A DNA stretch of 39,944 bases from a virus: UHGV virus genome UHGV-0147509; one strand, written 5' to 3'. The number at the start of each line of letters is the position of its first letter. Position 1 is the first letter of the stretch. The notes beneath the pieces are model-generated. The model did no database searches. It was not told the DNA's origin and saw only the letters and a list, made by a program, of their open reading frames with translations. The position numbers and the translations under genes were made by a program. This document shows positions 37,880 to 39,944 of this stretch, piece after piece.

Positions 37880-38572
37880 ATGTTATATGCATTTACGCTG
37901 GGCAGAAAACTGCGCGGCGAGGAACCTTATTGCCCTGAAAAAGGCGGGAAAGGTGGCAGCTCTGATAAAAGCGCAAAGTATGCAGCAGAAGCTCAGAAGT
38001 ATGCTGCAGACCTGCAAAATCAGCAGTTCAACACCATCATGAACAACCTGAAGCCGTTTACTCCTCTGGCTGATAAGTATGTCGGCAGCCTCGAGAACTT
38101 ATCGTCTCTGGAAGGGCAAGGTCAGGCACTTAACCAGTATTACAACTCTCAGCAGTACAAAGATCTTGCTGGTCAGTCTCGCTATCAGAGTCTGGCGGCA
38201 GCGGAAGCAACAGGTGGATTGGGTTCCACTGCAACCGGTAATCAGTTAGCAACAATCGCACCAACGCTTGGTCAGCAGTGGCTGTCTGGTCAGATGAACA
38301 ACTACCAGAATCTGGCAAACGTTGGGCTTGGTGCTCTGCAAGGTCAGGCAAACGCAGGGCAGACATATGCCAACAACATGAGTCAGATTTCGCAGCAAAG
38401 TGCGGCTCTTGCAGCGGCAAATGCCAACAGACCATCAGCAATGCAATCTGCTATTGGCGGAGGTGCGTCTGGTGCTATTGCTGGGGCCGGACTTGCGAAA
38501 TTAATTGGTTCATCAACTCCGTGGGGGGCTGCGATCGGCGGCGGTCTTGGTCTGCTTGGCTCGTTGTTTTAA
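37880..38572 (+). CDS. ejection protein (P22 gp7-like)
   Basis: 230-aa ORF (P22 gp7 is about 229 aa) in the syntenic position; Gly/Ala-rich C-terminus. Confidence 0.7.
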   Translation: MLYAFTLGRKLRGEEPYCPEKGGKGGSSDKSAKYAAEAQKYAADLQNQQFNTIMNNLKPFTPLADKYVGSLENLSSLEGQGQALNQYYNSQQYKDLAGQSRYQSLAAAEATGGLGSTATGNQLATIAPTLGQQWLSGQMNNYQNLANVGLGALQGQANAGQTYANNMSQISQQSAALAAANANRPSAMQSAIGGGASGAIAGAGLAKLIGSSTPWGAAIGGGLGLLGSLF

Positions 38573-38582
38573 GGGGTAATCA

Positions 38583-39944
38583 ATGGCTACGTGGCAACAG
38601 GGTATTAATTCTGGTGGTTTTCTGGCTGGCATCGGTACGCAAAATGAGAATGCGCCAAAGGCAAGCGACATTAACGCAACGCTTGGTCTGATCCGCGAAA
38701 ACAATGAACTGGCTCGCTCAGGTGTAAATAACGTTGGCCTGACCGCGTTACGTGGTCTGGCTGGAGTTGCTGATATTTACAATCAGGAACAGCAACAGAA
38801 AGCTATTAGTGCGTTCAATAAGGTTCACGCTGATGCATGGGCTTCTGGTGATCCATCGGGACTATTTAAGTTTGCCAAGGAAAATCCAGCGTTTGTTGCA
38901 CAGGCACAACAGGCGTTTTCCGGTCTTAATGAACAGCAACGCAACGATATGGGCGATTTAGCCATGAGGGCTAACGTCGCTCTTTCTCAGGGACCGGAAG
39001 CCTACAGTAAATTCATTACTGATAACAAGGACAGGTTAAATAGCGTTGGTGCTAATGCTGACTGGATGATTCAGACAGGTATCCAGAATCCAGAGCAGCT
39101 ATCACACATGCTGACTACTATGTCTCTCGGTGCGCTTGGACCAGAAAAGGCGTTTGCTGTTCAGGATAAGATGGCTGGTCGTGAAATTGACCGAGGCAGG
39201 CTGGCAGAGACAATCCGCAGCAATCAGGCTGGCGAGGCGCTAACAGCGCGTGGTCAGAATATCACGATGCGCGGTCAGGATTTATCGATGCAGAGAGCAT
39301 CAATGAAAGGGGCGGTTGGGAATAATGAGCGTACAGTTCAGTTAGCAGATGGCAGAACTGTAACGGTAGGCGGGAAGCTTCACGGCGCTGGGGCTAATGC
39401 GTTCTACGAAGGTATCGACAACGAGGGGAATATGGTTCGCGTTCCTGCTGGCTCTATTGCCGCTCCGGCTACATCGGCAGCAAGTGCGCAGAATTACGCA
39501 ATGAAGAAAGATCTTGATGCAATTTCTGGTGCATCAATTGACGATCTTGGCTTCATGACTGGCATTACAGGCTCTTCAGGTTCTCCTGCTCTTGGTGCAG
39601 ATATTCGTAGCCGTGCATCTGGTGGTGATCAGAGGAAACTATACAACGCTGCACAGCGAATCCAAGGAAAGATGCAGAATCAGGGCATTGCAGCAGCCAG
39701 AGACATGGGGGCATCCGGTATCAACACCGTTGCAGAAGCAAAGATGTATTTTCAAGGTATGCCACAGGTTGATTTCTCAAGCCCTGAAGCACTGCAACAA
39801 TCAATGCGCGACATTCAGCAATATACCGACAATTACAACCAACAATATAACGTTAATGTTGGTAAATCTCAGCGGCAGCAATCTCAACCTACACAGGTAT
39901 CACAGCCAGCAGCCGGCAGTAACTTTTCTTCACTATGGGGTGAT
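38583..39944 (+). CDS. ejection protein (P22 gp20-like), 3' end beyond the window
   Basis: ATG at 38583; open frame runs to the window end with no stop; expected length about 470 aa, so roughly 55 nt are missing; the stop presumably corresponds to the TAA at window positions 1-3. Confidence 0.7.
   Translation, partial: MATWQQGINSGGFLAGIGTQNENAPKASDINATLGLIRENNELARSGVNNVGLTALRGLAGVADIYNQEQQQKAISAFNKVHADAWASGDPSGLFKFAKENPAFVAQAQQAFSGLNEQQRNDMGDLAMRANVALSQGPEAYSKFITDNKDRLNSVGANADWMIQTGIQNPEQLSHMLTTMSLGALGPEKAFAVQDKMAGREIDRGRLAETIRSNQAGEALTARGQNITMRGQDLSMQRASMKGAVGNNERTVQLADGRTVTVGGKLHGAGANAFYEGIDNEGNMVRVPAGSIAAPATSAASAQNYAMKKDLDAISGASIDDLGFMTGITGSSGSPALGADIRSRASGGDQRKLYNAAQRIQGKMQNQGIAAARDMGASGINTVAEAKMYFQGMPQVDFSSPEALQQSMRDIQQYTDNYNQQYNVNVGKSQRQQSQPTQVSQPAAGSNFSSLWGD

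Overview
The window reads as a nearly complete, circularly permuted genome of a P22/Sf6-like temperate lambdoid podovirus of an enterobacterial host; it is not a chromosomal region. It starts at the stop of ejection gene 20 / start of gene 16 and ends inside gene 20. Modules in order: gp16; an AT-rich minus-strand cassette at the sieA position; a P22-type immI region (mnt, Pant with Oarc/Omnt, arc, an extra small membrane ORF, Bro-N type ant); a tailspike with a P22-like head-binding N-terminus and a C-terminal intramolecular-chaperone-like domain; a P4-family integrase and AlpA-like excisionase; a leftward early operon (ea genes, ssb-like, erf, kil, cIII, a long charged-repeat protein); a convergent plus-strand gene bracketed by terminators; a non-N-like first PL gene; cI/cro/cII immunity region with palindromic operators; O-like initiator with in-gene iterons and DnaB-like helicase; a nin region in which ninB appears split by an HNH-AP2 homing endonuclease; lambda-like Q, PR'/6S region, S, R, Rz/Rz1; Rha; then Sf6-like terminase, portal, scaffold, coat, gp4, gp10, gp26, gp14, gp7 and partial gp20. 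No tRNA gene, CRISPR array or transposase was seen. Protein identifications rest on recalled family sequences and synteny, not on database searches. The best candidates for undescribed functions are the sieA-position membrane cassette, the ORF inserted between arc and ant, the convergent Zn-ribbon gene in the N-cIII region, and the split ninB.
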